64,000 nucleotides of DNA from a virus. This document shows positions 31,017 through 39,322 of the stretch, one piece after another. Below the pieces are notes generated by a model, which was not told where the DNA came from, did no database searches, and saw only the letters and a program-made list of their open reading frames with translations. The stretch is taken from positions 5,350 through 69,349 of IMG/VR virus record IMGVR_UViG_3300045988_058615, one strand, 5' to 3'. The translations under genes and the position numbers were made by a program. Each line of letters starts with the position of its first letter. The first letter of the stretch is position 1.

Positions 31017-32990
31017 ATGACAACAGGAACTCTTATTGTAGCAGGTGTTATTGTATTACTCGTAGTTTTAACCTTTATCGGACTTTTGTCACGGTATCGC
31101 AAATGTGCCAGTGATGAAATTCTGGTTGTGTTTGGTAAGGCTGGTAAGAAGAAGGTAGTTAACGAGAAGACTGGAAAGTCGGAGGAAGTTATTCTGCCGT
31201 CCAAAATCATTCATGGTGGAGGTACATTCGTAATGCCGGTAATCCAGGACTGGGCTAAAATGTCCTTGAAACCTATCCAAATTCAAGTAAATGTTACTGG
31301 TGTTTCCAGTCAAATGATTAAGGTAACTATTCCTGTAACATTGACCACTGGTATTGGGACCACTCAAACATTGATGCAAAATGCTGCAAGTAGATTCTTA
31401 ACAGCTAAAACTTCTGAAATCTCAGACCAAATCAAGGATATTCTCATTGGTGAAGTGAGAAGCTTGATGGCTACGATGACAATTGAGGAAATTAACGCTG
31501 ATAGAATCAAGTTTATCGGCAAAGCTAAAGAGAATATTGAGACCGAGTTGAATAAAGTAGGTTTCAGTATTATCAACATTAACAATGCTGATATTTCGGA
31601 TGATGCAAACTATATCAAGAATCTAGGTCAGAAAGCTGCAACTAAAGCTCTTGCTCAGGCACAGGCTGACATTGCGGAAGAGAAAAAGAAAGGAGATATC
31701 CAGATTGCAGAAACCAACAAGCAGCGCGAGATTGCTGTAGCAGACGCTGAGAAAGAGCGTGAAACTACTGTTGCCCAGACTAGACAAGAGCAAGAGGTTC
31801 GTGTGGCAGAGATTAACCAGGAGAAGGAAATCAAACTTGCAGAAGCTGAGAAGAATAAGCAATCAGGTATTGCTAATCAGAAAGCTGAGCAAGCTGCTAA
31901 TATTGCTAAAGCTAATACTGCAGCGGAATCGGAGAAAGCTAAAGCAGAAGCTGAGAAAATTTCAGCTATAGCTAAAGCTCAAGCAGAAGCCGATTCTAAT
32001 AGAGCAGAGTCTGAATCACTGGCTGAGGCTAATGTAGCCAGGGCTAAAGCAGAAGCTGACTCTAAGAAGGCAGAAGCAGAAGCAGAGAAACAAACTCGTA
32101 TTGCTCAGGCCAAACAGAGGCAGGAAGCCGAGACGCAAAAGGCAATTAACGAACAGGAAGCTGCAGTTGCTAAGTATGAGTCAGACAAGCGTGTAAAGGC
32201 AGCTGAAGCTGATAAGATTGCAGGAGTGGCAGAACAAAATGCCACAATTGAAGTCTCTAAAGCTAAGGGAGAAGCTGAGAAAGCTAAGGCTGAAGCTGAA
32301 AAGGTAGCAGGAACTTCTAAAGTAGAAGCTCAGATGACTATCGAAAAGACCAAGCAAGAAAAGCAACTAGAGGTGAATGAGGCAGCTGCATTGGCTATGG
32401 AAGCTAAGCTTCATGCTGAAACGATTGTTCCCGCTCAAAAAGAAAAGGAACGTATCACGATTGAAGCAGAAGCTGTAAAGCAGAAAGCTGTGCTTGAAGC
32501 AGAAGCTAAGGCTGCTGAGATACTGAAAGAAGCAGAAGCTAAGGCAAATGCTACTAAGTTACAGTTAGAAGCAGAAGCAGAAGGTACTAGAAAGAAACTG
32601 CTTGCTGAAGCAGAGGGTAAGAGAGCATCTTTGATGGCTGAGGCTGACAAGGTTCAGGCTATTGAAATGGCTCCTGCTCTGGCAGTCCAGAAGATGATTG
32701 AATCCGGCTTGACTCCAGAAATGGTGGTTCAGTACAAGACAGTTGATCAATTGACCGGTATTGCTGAAGCATCTGCTCAGATGTTTGAACACGTTCACCT
32801 TGGACAGGTTACTGTTTATGGTAACGAGAACACCGCTGGTAACTTTATGGCTAAAACTGCCGAGAACTTGAATCCTGCGTTCGACTTGCTTCGCTCTATA
32901 CCTTTTGCCGATACACTGAAAAGTATTCTCGGTAAGAAAGGGTTGGAGGAGAAGAAAGCCGAAACAACTGAGTTTGAAGAAGTGAAGTAA
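31017..32990 (+). CDS. Flotillin-like SPFH/band-7 protein (YqiK/FloA-like), 657 aa
   Basis: N-terminal transmembrane helix, an SPFH domain (ILVVFGKAGKKKVV...IQIQVNVTGVSSQMIKVTIPVTL), and about 350 aa of EA-rich coiled coil (AEAEKAKAEAEK repeats). Confidence 0.7.
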   Translation: MTTGTLIVAGVIVLLVVLTFIGLLSRYRKCASDEILVVFGKAGKKKVVNEKTGKSEEVILPSKIIHGGGTFVMPVIQDWAKMSLKPIQIQVNVTGVSSQMIKVTIPVTLTTGIGTTQTLMQNAASRFLTAKTSEISDQIKDILIGEVRSLMATMTIEEINADRIKFIGKAKENIETELNKVGFSIININNADISDDANYIKNLGQKAATKALAQAQADIAEEKKKGDIQIAETNKQREIAVADAEKERETTVAQTRQEQEVRVAEINQEKEIKLAEAEKNKQSGIANQKAEQAANIAKANTAAESEKAKAEAEKISAIAKAQAEADSNRAESESLAEANVARAKAEADSKKAEAEAEKQTRIAQAKQRQEAETQKAINEQEAAVAKYESDKRVKAAEADKIAGVAEQNATIEVSKAKGEAEKAKAEAEKVAGTSKVEAQMTIEKTKQEKQLEVNEAAALAMEAKLHAETIVPAQKEKERITIEAEAVKQKAVLEAEAKAAEILKEAEAKANATKLQLEAEAEGTRKKLLAEAEGKRASLMAEADKVQAIEMAPALAVQKMIESGLTPEMVVQYKTVDQLTGIAEASAQMFEHVHLGQVTVYGNENTAGNFMAKTAENLNPAFDLLRSIPFADTLKSILGKKGLEEKKAETTEFEEVK

Positions 32991-32997
32991 TTCACAG

Positions 32998-33046
32998 CGA
33001 AGGGGCTTTACAATTTCAATAGTAAAGTATAACAAAAGCCCCTTCG
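32998..33046 (+). terminator. Long hairpin downstream of the flotillin gene
   Basis: CGAAGGGGCTTT...AAAGCCCCTTCG: 12-bp stem with a ~25-nt loop. Confidence 0.4.
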
Positions 33047-33052
33047 CAATTT

Positions 33053-33137
33053 GGAGGTATGGGTGAGTGGCTTAAACCACCGTCCTGCTAAGACGGAGGG
33101 CCTTCGGGTCCCGCTGGTTCGAATCCAGCTGCCTCCG
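33053..33137 (+). tRNA. tRNA-Ser(GCT)
   Basis: GGAGGTA...CCGTC-CTGCTAA-GACGG; variable arm AGGGCCTTCGGGTCCC; GCTGG-TTCGAAT-CCAGC-TGCCTCC-G. Confidence 0.8.
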
Positions 33138-33153
33138 CTTAATAAAACATACT

Positions 33154-33390
33154 ATGGAAGAAAGAATTGAAATATTTAAGTCTCTTCATAAGCCATTTCT
33201 TGATATGCTTATGGATGATACTTGGTTAATGGAAGAGCCTATTGATGTAGCTGAAACAGAAGCTTGCTGGAGATGGGCAATAAAATTAGGAGATGAAACT
33301 GTTCCAGTAGAGAGATTTGAAGAAGAGTTTAAGTTTTCTTTGCAAGATTTAACTAACTGGTGGAACAAAAAAGTATTAAATTTACAATGA
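33154..33390 (+). CDS. Hypothetical acidic protein, 78 aa
   Basis: ORF. Confidence 0.4.
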   Translation: MEERIEIFKSLHKPFLDMLMDDTWLMEEPIDVAETEACWRWAIKLGDETVPVERFEEEFKFSLQDLTNWWNKKVLNLQ

Positions 33391-33634
33391 TAGCTGAAAG
33401 TGCACAGAGTAGGCTATTGACTGCGTAGACCCCTTACGTCAGTATATTAGTACGTTGGTTGAGGGAGGGTCCAACAAAACACTACTAGTAGTACGTAATG
33501 CTGGTAGTCATAAGTCCGTTGAAGTCGCTTTAATATGTGCGTAACATAAACAGTATAACTTGCTTTGGGACTCTTTTCATAGAATGAAGGTTTTATCCGT
33601 TTACTTCTTCTATGCCTATATATTAAACGGACAT

Positions 33635-33709
33635 GGGAATGTGGTGTAGGTGGTTGTTGCACGAGGGTCTGAAAAACCCCAGGCTTGAGTTCAATTCTCA
33701 GCGTTCCCA
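33635..33709 (+). tRNA. tRNA-Phe(GAA)
   Basis: GGGAATG-TG-GTGT-AGGTGGTTGTT-GCAC...GGGT-CTGAAAA-ACCC (A27·C43 mismatch)...CTTGAGT-TCAATTC-TCAGC-GTTCCCA. Confidence 0.65.
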
Positions 33710-33777
33710 CGCATTGTGTGTTTTTTTTTCATGGTAAATATGAGCTTGACGGTTCGGGAGAGTAGTTAAGCTAAATT

Positions 33778-33848
33778 GGGCTATGGTGTAATGGTTAGCA
33801 CTACAGATTTTGATTCTGTCAGTCTAGGTTCGAGTCCTAGTAGCCCAA
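33778..33848 (+). tRNA. tRNA-Gln(TTG)
   Basis: GGGCTAT-GG-TGTAATGGTTAGCAC-TACAGA-TTTTGAT-TCTGTC...CTAGG-TTCGAGT-CCTAG-TAGCCCA-A. Confidence 0.85.
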
Positions 33849-34396
33849 CTAAATACAGTCGTTGAGGAGACTCGACCTTGCATACCTAGAGTCGGTAAAG
33901 TCAGCTGAATAAATCCGATGCGGTATTATCCACGAATAATCAAACAGACGTCTACAGAATAGTGGAAGCGAGAGCGCAGAAAGGCTGTATTTTTAATAAT
34001 AAGTATTATCGGTAAGACTATAATATTTAAGTGTCAATCAATAAGTGCTTATGCTTAATATAACTTCTTTCAACATTGGAGAGATAACTAGTAAAGTATC
34101 TCTAAATACTCCCAGTAGCGGAATAATCCAGAGGTCTCATCCTAGAAGTAAATTCGTAAGATTTCATTCTAGGTCTTCTATGTCAGAATATGCATTCTCT
34201 AGCAGGCCAAGACTAGGTAAGGATGAACCGGAAATTGTGGTGTTGCAGATTATGGTATTTGGCAATGATGAATTGCTAGTTGAATATGTCTGCAAACAGG
34301 AACTAACAGTAGAATAGGTTATTAGACCGGTAAATAACCTTCCGTAGCCAGTCGGACGTTGGAAGCTTATAGTCCTACGATAGTGAGACTAAATCT

Positions 34397-34470
34397 GGGC
34401 ATGTAGCTCAGTTGGTCAGAGCACGAATCTGATACGTTCGGGGTCGGAGGTTCGAGTCTTCCCATGCCCA
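34397..34470 (+). tRNA. tRNA-Ile(GAT)
   Basis: GGGCATG-TA-GCTC-AGTTGGTCA-GAGC-A-CGAAT-CTGATAC-GTTCG-GGGTC-GGAGG-TTCGAGT-CTTCC-CATGCCC-A. Confidence 0.8.
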
Positions 34471-34854
34471 CCGATAGGGCCTAGGAACGTCACCTAGGAA
34501 AGACAGAGTTATGGCGGATATATTTAGTTTAATCAATAGACGGAAGAGCCATAGAAATTTGAAAACGAGAATGATACTCTGTTAAGTATCTCGGAAGTAA
34601 AATGAAGGAATGGATTTCGCGTGAGTGGGGTAGTTCAATAGCAAACCCAACAAACCTACAAACACCGCGCGTCAGAGATAGTGCAATAAAATTAAAGGTT
34701 GGTCAGAACTTGTTTTGATTGTCGAAATTAAAACGTGACATTTAGGTGTCAACGAAAACAAGTCCAAGTGATTAGCTCACAGGGTCGAGTGCATTAGGGT
34801 TTAGGCTTGTTTACACGCGCACGGATCTTATAATTGAAAACAGTTCTGTTTTAC

Positions 34855-34928
34855 GGACCTATAGCTCAGTCGGTCAGAGCAGCAGACTCATAATCTGAAG
34901 GTCGGGGGTTCAAGGCCCTCTAGGTCCA
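34855..34928 (+). tRNA. tRNA-Met(CAT), elongator type
   Basis: GGACCTA-TA-GCTC-AGTCGGTCA-GAGC-A-GCAGA-CTCATAA-TCTGA...GGGGG-TTCAAGG-CCCTC-TAGGTCC-A. Confidence 0.75.
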
Positions 34929-35132
34929 CTTGGAGTGTACTAGAAATAAACGGAAATCTAGAGCAGGTATACTGAAAATAAAGGGTAAACAATACTAGTT
35001 CAGTTTACTAACATCGAAAGATAGAAAATAAACACCTGTGTATGTGAATATGGGTAAAATAATAGCATACATTCAGTTCGAATCTGAATACACTCCCACA
35101 ATTTAGAATTACTAACATTAAATTTATAAAAT

Positions 35133-35540
35133 ATGGGTTACCAGTATTTTGGATTGTTTTTAAATGAACATAATAGGAATGAGCTTATGAAAATCATTTT
35201 TGCTAATCCTATTATAGCTAATCTGGTCCTTCAAAGAGGAAGTACTTTATATCTAGACCATTGTACTCTACTCCACAAAAATCAAAACGACAAAGAGATA
35301 TATGACTCTCTTATAAAGAAGATTGATGAATCATGGATGATAGAAGTAAATGGAATAGGTTTCTCTAACAAAGCAATAGCTTTTAGAGTTACTATACCAG
35401 ACTTGCCTTGTGCAAATGCAAAACCACATATTACTATTTGCACAATCAATGGAGGAAAACCAGTTGATAGCAATGGGATATGTGAGTGGATTCCTATTCC
35501 TAAACTCAACATTTGTTGTGAACTAAAATTAGTGAAATAA
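35133..35540 (+). CDS. 2H phosphoesterase superfamily protein (LigT-like 2',3'-cyclic phosphodiesterase / RNA-repair type), 135 aa
   Basis: Two H-x-T-x motifs, LDHCTLLH and KPHITICT, in the characteristic tandem arrangement. Confidence 0.5.
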   Translation: MGYQYFGLFLNEHNRNELMKIIFANPIIANLVLQRGSTLYLDHCTLLHKNQNDKEIYDSLIKKIDESWMIEVNGIGFSNKAIAFRVTIPDLPCANAKPHITICTINGGKPVDSNGICEWIPIPKLNICCELKLVK

Positions 35541-35989
35541 TGTGGTCAAGAGAAAGTCCAATGAAAGAATATGCCAGGAAGCATCCTGGCTGTTCTCTTC
35601 AAGAGTATTGTGAATATTTAGACAGTATTGCTAGGGAGGAAGCAGAAAGAAGAAGACTAAAAGAAGAAGAAAATAATCAACTTCTAAAAAGTTTTGAGGG
35701 AAAATGCTTTCAAATAAACTTCAATGGGCAATCATTTGGTTATTTTAAGATAACTAAAGATGTTACTACCTTTAGAGAAGATGTTAGAGAGGATTTTTAT
35801 GAGGTCTTCATAGACAATAATACAACTAGAATAGGTCTTGAAAAGAAGAGAATGATAAGTCGTCAGTGGCTTCCTGGGCAGGGAAGTGAAAAGTGTACAA
35901 TAGTTCCTGAAGAATTGTTCAATAAAGTAGTCAAGTATTATCAAGAAATGTGTACTATGGCTGAGAAAATAAGAGACGGGGAATTGTAA
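35540..35989 (+). CDS. Hypothetical protein, 149 aa
   Basis: ORF coupled by an ATGA overlap. Confidence 0.45.
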   Translation: MWSRESPMKEYARKHPGCSLQEYCEYLDSIAREEAERRRLKEEENNQLLKSFEGKCFQINFNGQSFGYFKITKDVTTFREDVREDFYEVFIDNNTTRIGLEKKRMISRQWLPGQGSEKCTIVPEELFNKVVKYYQEMCTMAEKIRDGEL

Positions 35990-35993
35990 CCTT

Positions 35994-36075
35994 GGGGTAG
36001 TGGCGGAATTGGTAGACGCGCTAGACTTAGGATCTAGTACAGAAATGTGTGAGGGTTCGAGTCCCTCCTACCCTA
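35994..36075 (+). tRNA. tRNA-Leu(TAG)
   Basis: GGGGTAG-TG-GCGGAATTGGTAGACGC-G-CTAGA-CTTAGGA-TCTAG; variable arm TACAGAAATGTGT; GAGGG-TTCGAGT-CCCTC-CTACCCT-A (G1·U72). Confidence 0.75.
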
Positions 36076-36091
36076 CAAATTTTATTCGATT

Positions 36092-36250
36092 ATGAAAGAG
36101 TTAAGTGAAATTATTCAAGAATTAGTAGTCAGTAGCAATTCCATGAATCAAATTGATTCAAAAACTGCTATACAGTATGTTGTGGAGGCTTACGAAGCTG
36201 GAATGGATAAGGCTAAAGAACTTACCAAATACAGTGGAGAACTTTATTAA
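36092..36250 (+). CDS. Small protein, 52 aa
   Basis: MKELSEIIQELVVSSNSMNQIDSKTAIQYVVEAYEAGMDKAKELTKYSGELY, followed by a terminator hairpin. Confidence 0.35.
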   Translation: MKELSEIIQELVVSSNSMNQIDSKTAIQYVVEAYEAGMDKAKELTKYSGELY

Positions 36251-36251
36251 C

Positions 36252-36275
36252 TGAATGTTCAGAACATTCATATTA
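36252..36275 (+). terminator. Intrinsic terminator-like hairpin
   Basis: TGAATGTT-CAGA-AACATTCA followed by TATT. Confidence 0.5.
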
Positions 36276-36297
36276 AATAACAATTAAAAATAAAGAA

Positions 36298-37482
36298 ATG
36301 AACAAAGTTTGGATGTGTTCTGAGTCTACATACACCCAAGTAGGCTCAGGTTACAAGGTTTCGGAATCTCTTCCGGTTGGTATTTACAGTATTAGTCTGA
36401 CAAGGACAGGTTATCACCTGGATAGGTATGCAGACAAGTTCGTATTTCCGTACAAGATGTATGGACTGCAGGAAGATTTTATAGACCATGTAATCAAAAC
36501 TTATAATAACACAGAAGGAAACTTGGGAATCATGCTTACTGGTACAAAAGGTACTGGAAAGACTGTCACGGCTAAAGAATTAGCTAATAAGTTGAACCTT
36601 CCTGTTATTATCGTGAAGGATATGGGAGACCATAATCAATCCATGATTGAGTTTCTTTCTGGCATTGAGGGAGACTGTATTCTCTTCCTAGACGAGTTTG
36701 AAAAGAACTTCAACGAATCAGATTCTACAATCCTCCAAATTATGGATGGAGTTTATAACTCTAAGTATCGTAAGGTATTCTTGTTGACTACCAATGCAAT
36801 GTCCGTCAACGAGAATATGGTAGGACGTCCATCTAGAATCCGCTACGTCAAGAAGTTCGAAAATCTCGATTTGAAGGTTGTAAACGAATATCTAGACGAT
36901 GCCTTGGAGGTTCCGGAAGCACGTCAAGATCTGCTTGACTTCATTGATTCTTTGACTATATCAACCATTGATATTCTCAAAACTATAGTTAATGAAGTTA
37001 ACATTCATGGAATTGAGGGTTTGAGAAAGGCTAAGAGTTTCTTCAACGTAGTAACTAATGAGTATGAGTATTCTTGCATCAGAGGTTATGCTTACACTGG
37101 GGAAATTGAACACGACAAGAATAAGTTCTCTATTGGAAACTTCTTCAAGGCTGTTGAGAGATTTAATAATCCTATACCTAAGCCTATTGTTGACGATGAG
37201 GATAACTGTACTATAGAGGAAAGAAAAGCCCTCAACGAATACTATGAGTATCGTCGTCATAGCTTCCACAGCTTGTCGTATACCTTTATCTATTCTTCTA
37301 CCAAGTTCAGCAATCTTAAGGTAGGAGACGATTTCTACAATGATGAGATTATCGCTATTGACAAGAAGTTGAATGTTATTGTTACTAAGGACGGTAGCGA
37401 AATTAACTACTATTGGATTAAAGATCCTAACAGTAAACCCTCTCTGTATCGTACAGGAAGATACGATTCTTTGGTACTTTAA
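36298..37482 (+). CDS. AAA+ ATPase, 394 aa
   Basis: Walker A GTKGTGKT and Walker B ILFLDEFE. Confidence 0.7.
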   Translation: MNKVWMCSESTYTQVGSGYKVSESLPVGIYSISLTRTGYHLDRYADKFVFPYKMYGLQEDFIDHVIKTYNNTEGNLGIMLTGTKGTGKTVTAKELANKLNLPVIIVKDMGDHNQSMIEFLSGIEGDCILFLDEFEKNFNESDSTILQIMDGVYNSKYRKVFLLTTNAMSVNENMVGRPSRIRYVKKFENLDLKVVNEYLDDALEVPEARQDLLDFIDSLTISTIDILKTIVNEVNIHGIEGLRKAKSFFNVVTNEYEYSCIRGYAYTGEIEHDKNKFSIGNFFKAVERFNNPIPKPIVDDEDNCTIEERKALNEYYEYRRHSFHSLSYTFIYSSTKFSNLKVGDDFYNDEIIAIDKKLNVIVTKDGSEINYYWIKDPNSKPSLYRTGRYDSLVL

Positions 37483-37509
37483 AAACTGGGGAGCTAGTCT
37501 CCCCTTTAT

Positions 37510-37583
37510 GTCTGGATGCCCGAGTGGTCTAAGGGGACGGTCTGCAAAACCGTGTTTCGTGGGTTCGAATCCCACTCCAGATT
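37510..37583 (+). tRNA. tRNA-Cys(GCA)
   Basis: GTCTGGA-TG-CCC-GAGTGGTCTAA-GGG-G-ACGGT-CTGCAAA-ACCGT-GTTTC-GTGGG-TTCGAAT-CCCAC-TCCAGAT. Confidence 0.7.
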
Positions 37584-37598
37584 CTATACTAATCTTAT

Positions 37599-38033
37599 TT
37601 GCCTATGGATAGAAAATTAAGAAGAGAGCTTTCTAAGAGAAAATGGATTTCTAGAGCTAAGAAAGTTTATAATTCTTGTGGTAAATTTTATGTACCAGTT
37701 GCTGGAATTAAAGCTAATGTGAGATATAATGTTCCTATTTATAGGAATAAAGCATTAAAAGTATGCGAGTCTATTACCGACTTTTTGGATAGTTCGAAGT
37801 TTGCAAAGATACTTAAAAATTGCACCTCTCCGTATAGAACTAGAATGATGCAATATGAATACAAGAAAGAGAATAGAAAAGAGAGATATAAAGCTAAGAA
37901 AGATATTCAAGAAGGTATTCAGGAATATGAATCTAGAGATAATCTTTCATGTTCGTCATGTGTATTCTATGATAAAGGTCTTTGTGAGAAAGGATTACTA
38001 ATGGCAGAAAACTGTCCAGAATATTGGGATTAA
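37599..38033 (+). CDS. Hypothetical basic protein, 144 aa
   Basis: ORF; Cys pairs near the C-terminus. Confidence 0.45.
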   Translation: MPMDRKLRRELSKRKWISRAKKVYNSCGKFYVPVAGIKANVRYNVPIYRNKALKVCESITDFLDSSKFAKILKNCTSPYRTRMMQYEYKKENRKERYKAKKDIQEGIQEYESRDNLSCSSCVFYDKGLCEKGLLMAENCPEYWD

Positions 38034-38395
38034 TTATGGATAAATACATTAACGGAAATTTAATAAGGAGGATACTAGTTTTTAAAACTAGAAAACATCC
38101 AGAATGGAAGCATAAAATAGCAGACACTAAATTCTTATTCTGGAAAAGACATATTGACTATTGGTATCTTCTAGACCCATGCTTTGGGACTTACTCTGAG
38201 AAAGGGATGCTCGAATCAATTAGTAAGAGAGAATCTTTCTACAAGGATGGAATAGTGTACCAGAAGCCGCATATTATTCTAGAGTTTTCGGAGAGACATG
38301 ATGAGTCTATCTATTTTGATAGTGATGAAGAAATGGAAGGCTGGTTTGAGTCTTTCAAGCAAGAATTTGGAAAACCATTTATTTATATAGAATAA
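38024..38395 (+). CDS. Hypothetical protein, 123 aa
   Basis: ORF. Confidence 0.45.
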   Translation: MGLIMDKYINGNLIRRILVFKTRKHPEWKHKIADTKFLFWKRHIDYWYLLDPCFGTYSEKGMLESISKRESFYKDGIVYQKPHIILEFSERHDESIYFDSDEEMEGWFESFKQEFGKPFIYIE

Positions 38396-38497
38396 TACCT
38401 TTATCCCAGTTTAGAGCTTAGCTCAAGTAGTGAAGAACAGTAGCTATTGGTTAAAACGAGGTGGAGTGCCAGACGAAAGACTGGAATTAACATAGTT

Positions 38498-38505
38498 TAA
38501 CTTTG
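38498..38505 (+). promoter_or_regulatory. Bacteroidota sigma-A -7-like element TAnnTTTG (TAACTTTG)
   Basis: The motif GTTTAACTTTGAAT lies 12 nt upstream of the ATG at 38517. The same 13-mer recurs at 48350-48364. Confidence 0.3.
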
Positions 38506-38516
38506 AATCTCCGACT

Positions 38517-38858
38517 ATGCGGAGTATTATTATGGCAGAATTGATTTTCTTACCTAATGGAAAATGCGATTTGAAATTTCATGCTAACATCAAAAACTAT
38601 AAAAGAGTTGAGATTGTGAAGCATAAGAAGAACTTCTTCAAGGTCTATGTGGACCGCAACGATAGCGTTTATGACGTGAAACGGTGCGAAGTCATCGCTT
38701 GGAAGACCATAGAGAGAGGGAAAAGAAAGGTGAATGTTCCTGACAAGGTTGACGAGGTACGCGATGTACATCTGTTTGACAAAACTAAAGGAAATCCGTT
38801 CAAGATTGCGGTTACTAAAATAATCGGCGAGATGGAGGCACAGGAACTACTATCTTAA
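38517..38858 (+). CDS. Hypothetical protein, 113 aa
   Basis: ORF. Confidence 0.45.
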   Translation: MRSIIMAELIFLPNGKCDLKFHANIKNYKRVEIVKHKKNFFKVYVDRNDSVYDVKRCEVIAWKTIERGKRKVNVPDKVDEVRDVHLFDKTKGNPFKIAVTKIIGEMEAQELLS

Positions 38859-38895
38859 GACAGCGTTTTGGAGGGTATCGTACAACCCTCCTTAT

Positions 38896-38970
38896 GCAGA
38901 TGTGGTGTTAATGGTTTGAGCACGTCAGACTTCCAATCTGAAGGGGAGAGTTCGAGTCTCTCTATCTGCA
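38896..38970 (+). tRNA. tRNA-Gly(TCC)
   Basis: GCAGATG-TG-GTGT-TAATGGTTTGA-GCAC-G-TCAGA-CTTCCAA-TCTGA-AGGGG-AGAGT-TCGAGTC...TATCTGC-A. Confidence 0.75.
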
Positions 38971-38975
38971 CATTT

Positions 38976-39047
38976 GTAGGTATAGCACAATGGTTAGTGC
39001 ATCGGCTTGCCATGCCGAGGATGTGAGTTCAATTCTCATTACCTACT
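38976..39047 (+). tRNA. tRNA-Gly(GCC)
   Basis: GTAGGTA-TA-GCAC-AATGGTTA-GTGC-A-TCGGC-TTGCCAT-GCCGA-GGAT-GTGAG-TTCAATT-CTCAT-TACCTAC. Confidence 0.75.
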
Positions 39048-39053
39048 CTATAT

Positions 39054-39138
39054 TCCGATTTAGCTCAGCTGGCAGAGCGCCCACAGCTATAATAATTACA
39101 TCGGTGGGAGGTCAGGGGTTCAAATCCTTTAATCGGAA
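39054..39138 (+). tRNA. tRNA-like gene with a 19-nt anticodon loop (identity unknown; expanded loop or mini-insertion)
   Basis: Acceptor TCCGATT/AATCGGA is perfect, the D arm GCTC-AGCTGGCA-GAGC is canonical, and the T arm is AGGGG-TTCAAAT-CCTTT. The anticodon stem CCCAC/GTGGG encloses AGCTATAATAATTACATCG. Confidence 0.4.
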
Positions 39139-39144
39139 CAAATC

Positions 39145-39215
39145 TCGGTGTACCAGAGTGGTTTAATGGCTAGGACTGCAAATCCTTAGTTCGTGTCTCA
39201 CTGGTAAGAGAGCAT
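39145..39215 (+). pseudogene. Degenerate tRNA-Cys-like element
   Basis: CCAGAGTGGTTTAATGG-C-TAGGA-CTGCAAA-TCCTT mirrors the 5' half of tRNA-Cys at 37510, but there is no proper T arm or acceptor 3' strand. Confidence 0.3.
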
Positions 39216-39243
39216 CCCTGGGTAGTAAAGTAGCTACCAATAT

Positions 39244-39322
39244 CGTGGAGTAGAGAAGTGGTCATCTCGCTAGGCTCATAACCTAGAAATCGTCATAAAC
39301 GGTTCGAATCCTACCTCCGCAA
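39244..39322 (+). tRNA. tRNA-Met(CAT) with initiator-like C1·A72; the T arm is atypical
   Basis: CGTGGAG-TA-GAGA-AGTGGTCA-TCTC-G-CTAGG-CTCATAA-CCTAG...GGTTCGAATCC...CTCCGCA-A. The acceptor pairs 6 of 7 with a terminal C·A, as in the bacterial initiator. The T stem could not be paired cleanly. Confidence 0.45.

Noticed and set aside
31089-33035. Several antisense ORFs inside the flotillin gene (31089-31379, 31364-31585, 31623-31862, 32181-32366, 32435-32650, 32565-33035), and any repeat or CRISPR call for the GAAGCAGAAGC periodicity
   Set aside because: They are low-complexity antisense frames of an EA-rich coiled coil. The repeats are codon-level, in frame, and have no spacer architecture, so this is not a CRISPR array.
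33447-33710. 87-aa minus-strand ORF
   Set aside because: It overlaps tRNA-Phe and an ORF-poor spacer; spurious.
34045-34317. 90-aa plus ORF in the tRNA-Gln / tRNA-Ile spacer
   Set aside because: No coding signature or coupling. The region reads as a non-coding spacer, and the ORF is kept only as part of the ORF-poor-region finding.
36961-37575. 204-aa minus-strand ORF
   Set aside because: It is antisense to the AAA+ ATPase gene and covers tRNA-Cys. It has no motifs, and the sense strand has clear Walker motifs.
39054-39138. Group I intron in the expanded-loop tRNA
   Set aside because: The insertion is only about 12 nt, far too short for a self-splicing intron. It is reported as an aberrant tRNA instead.
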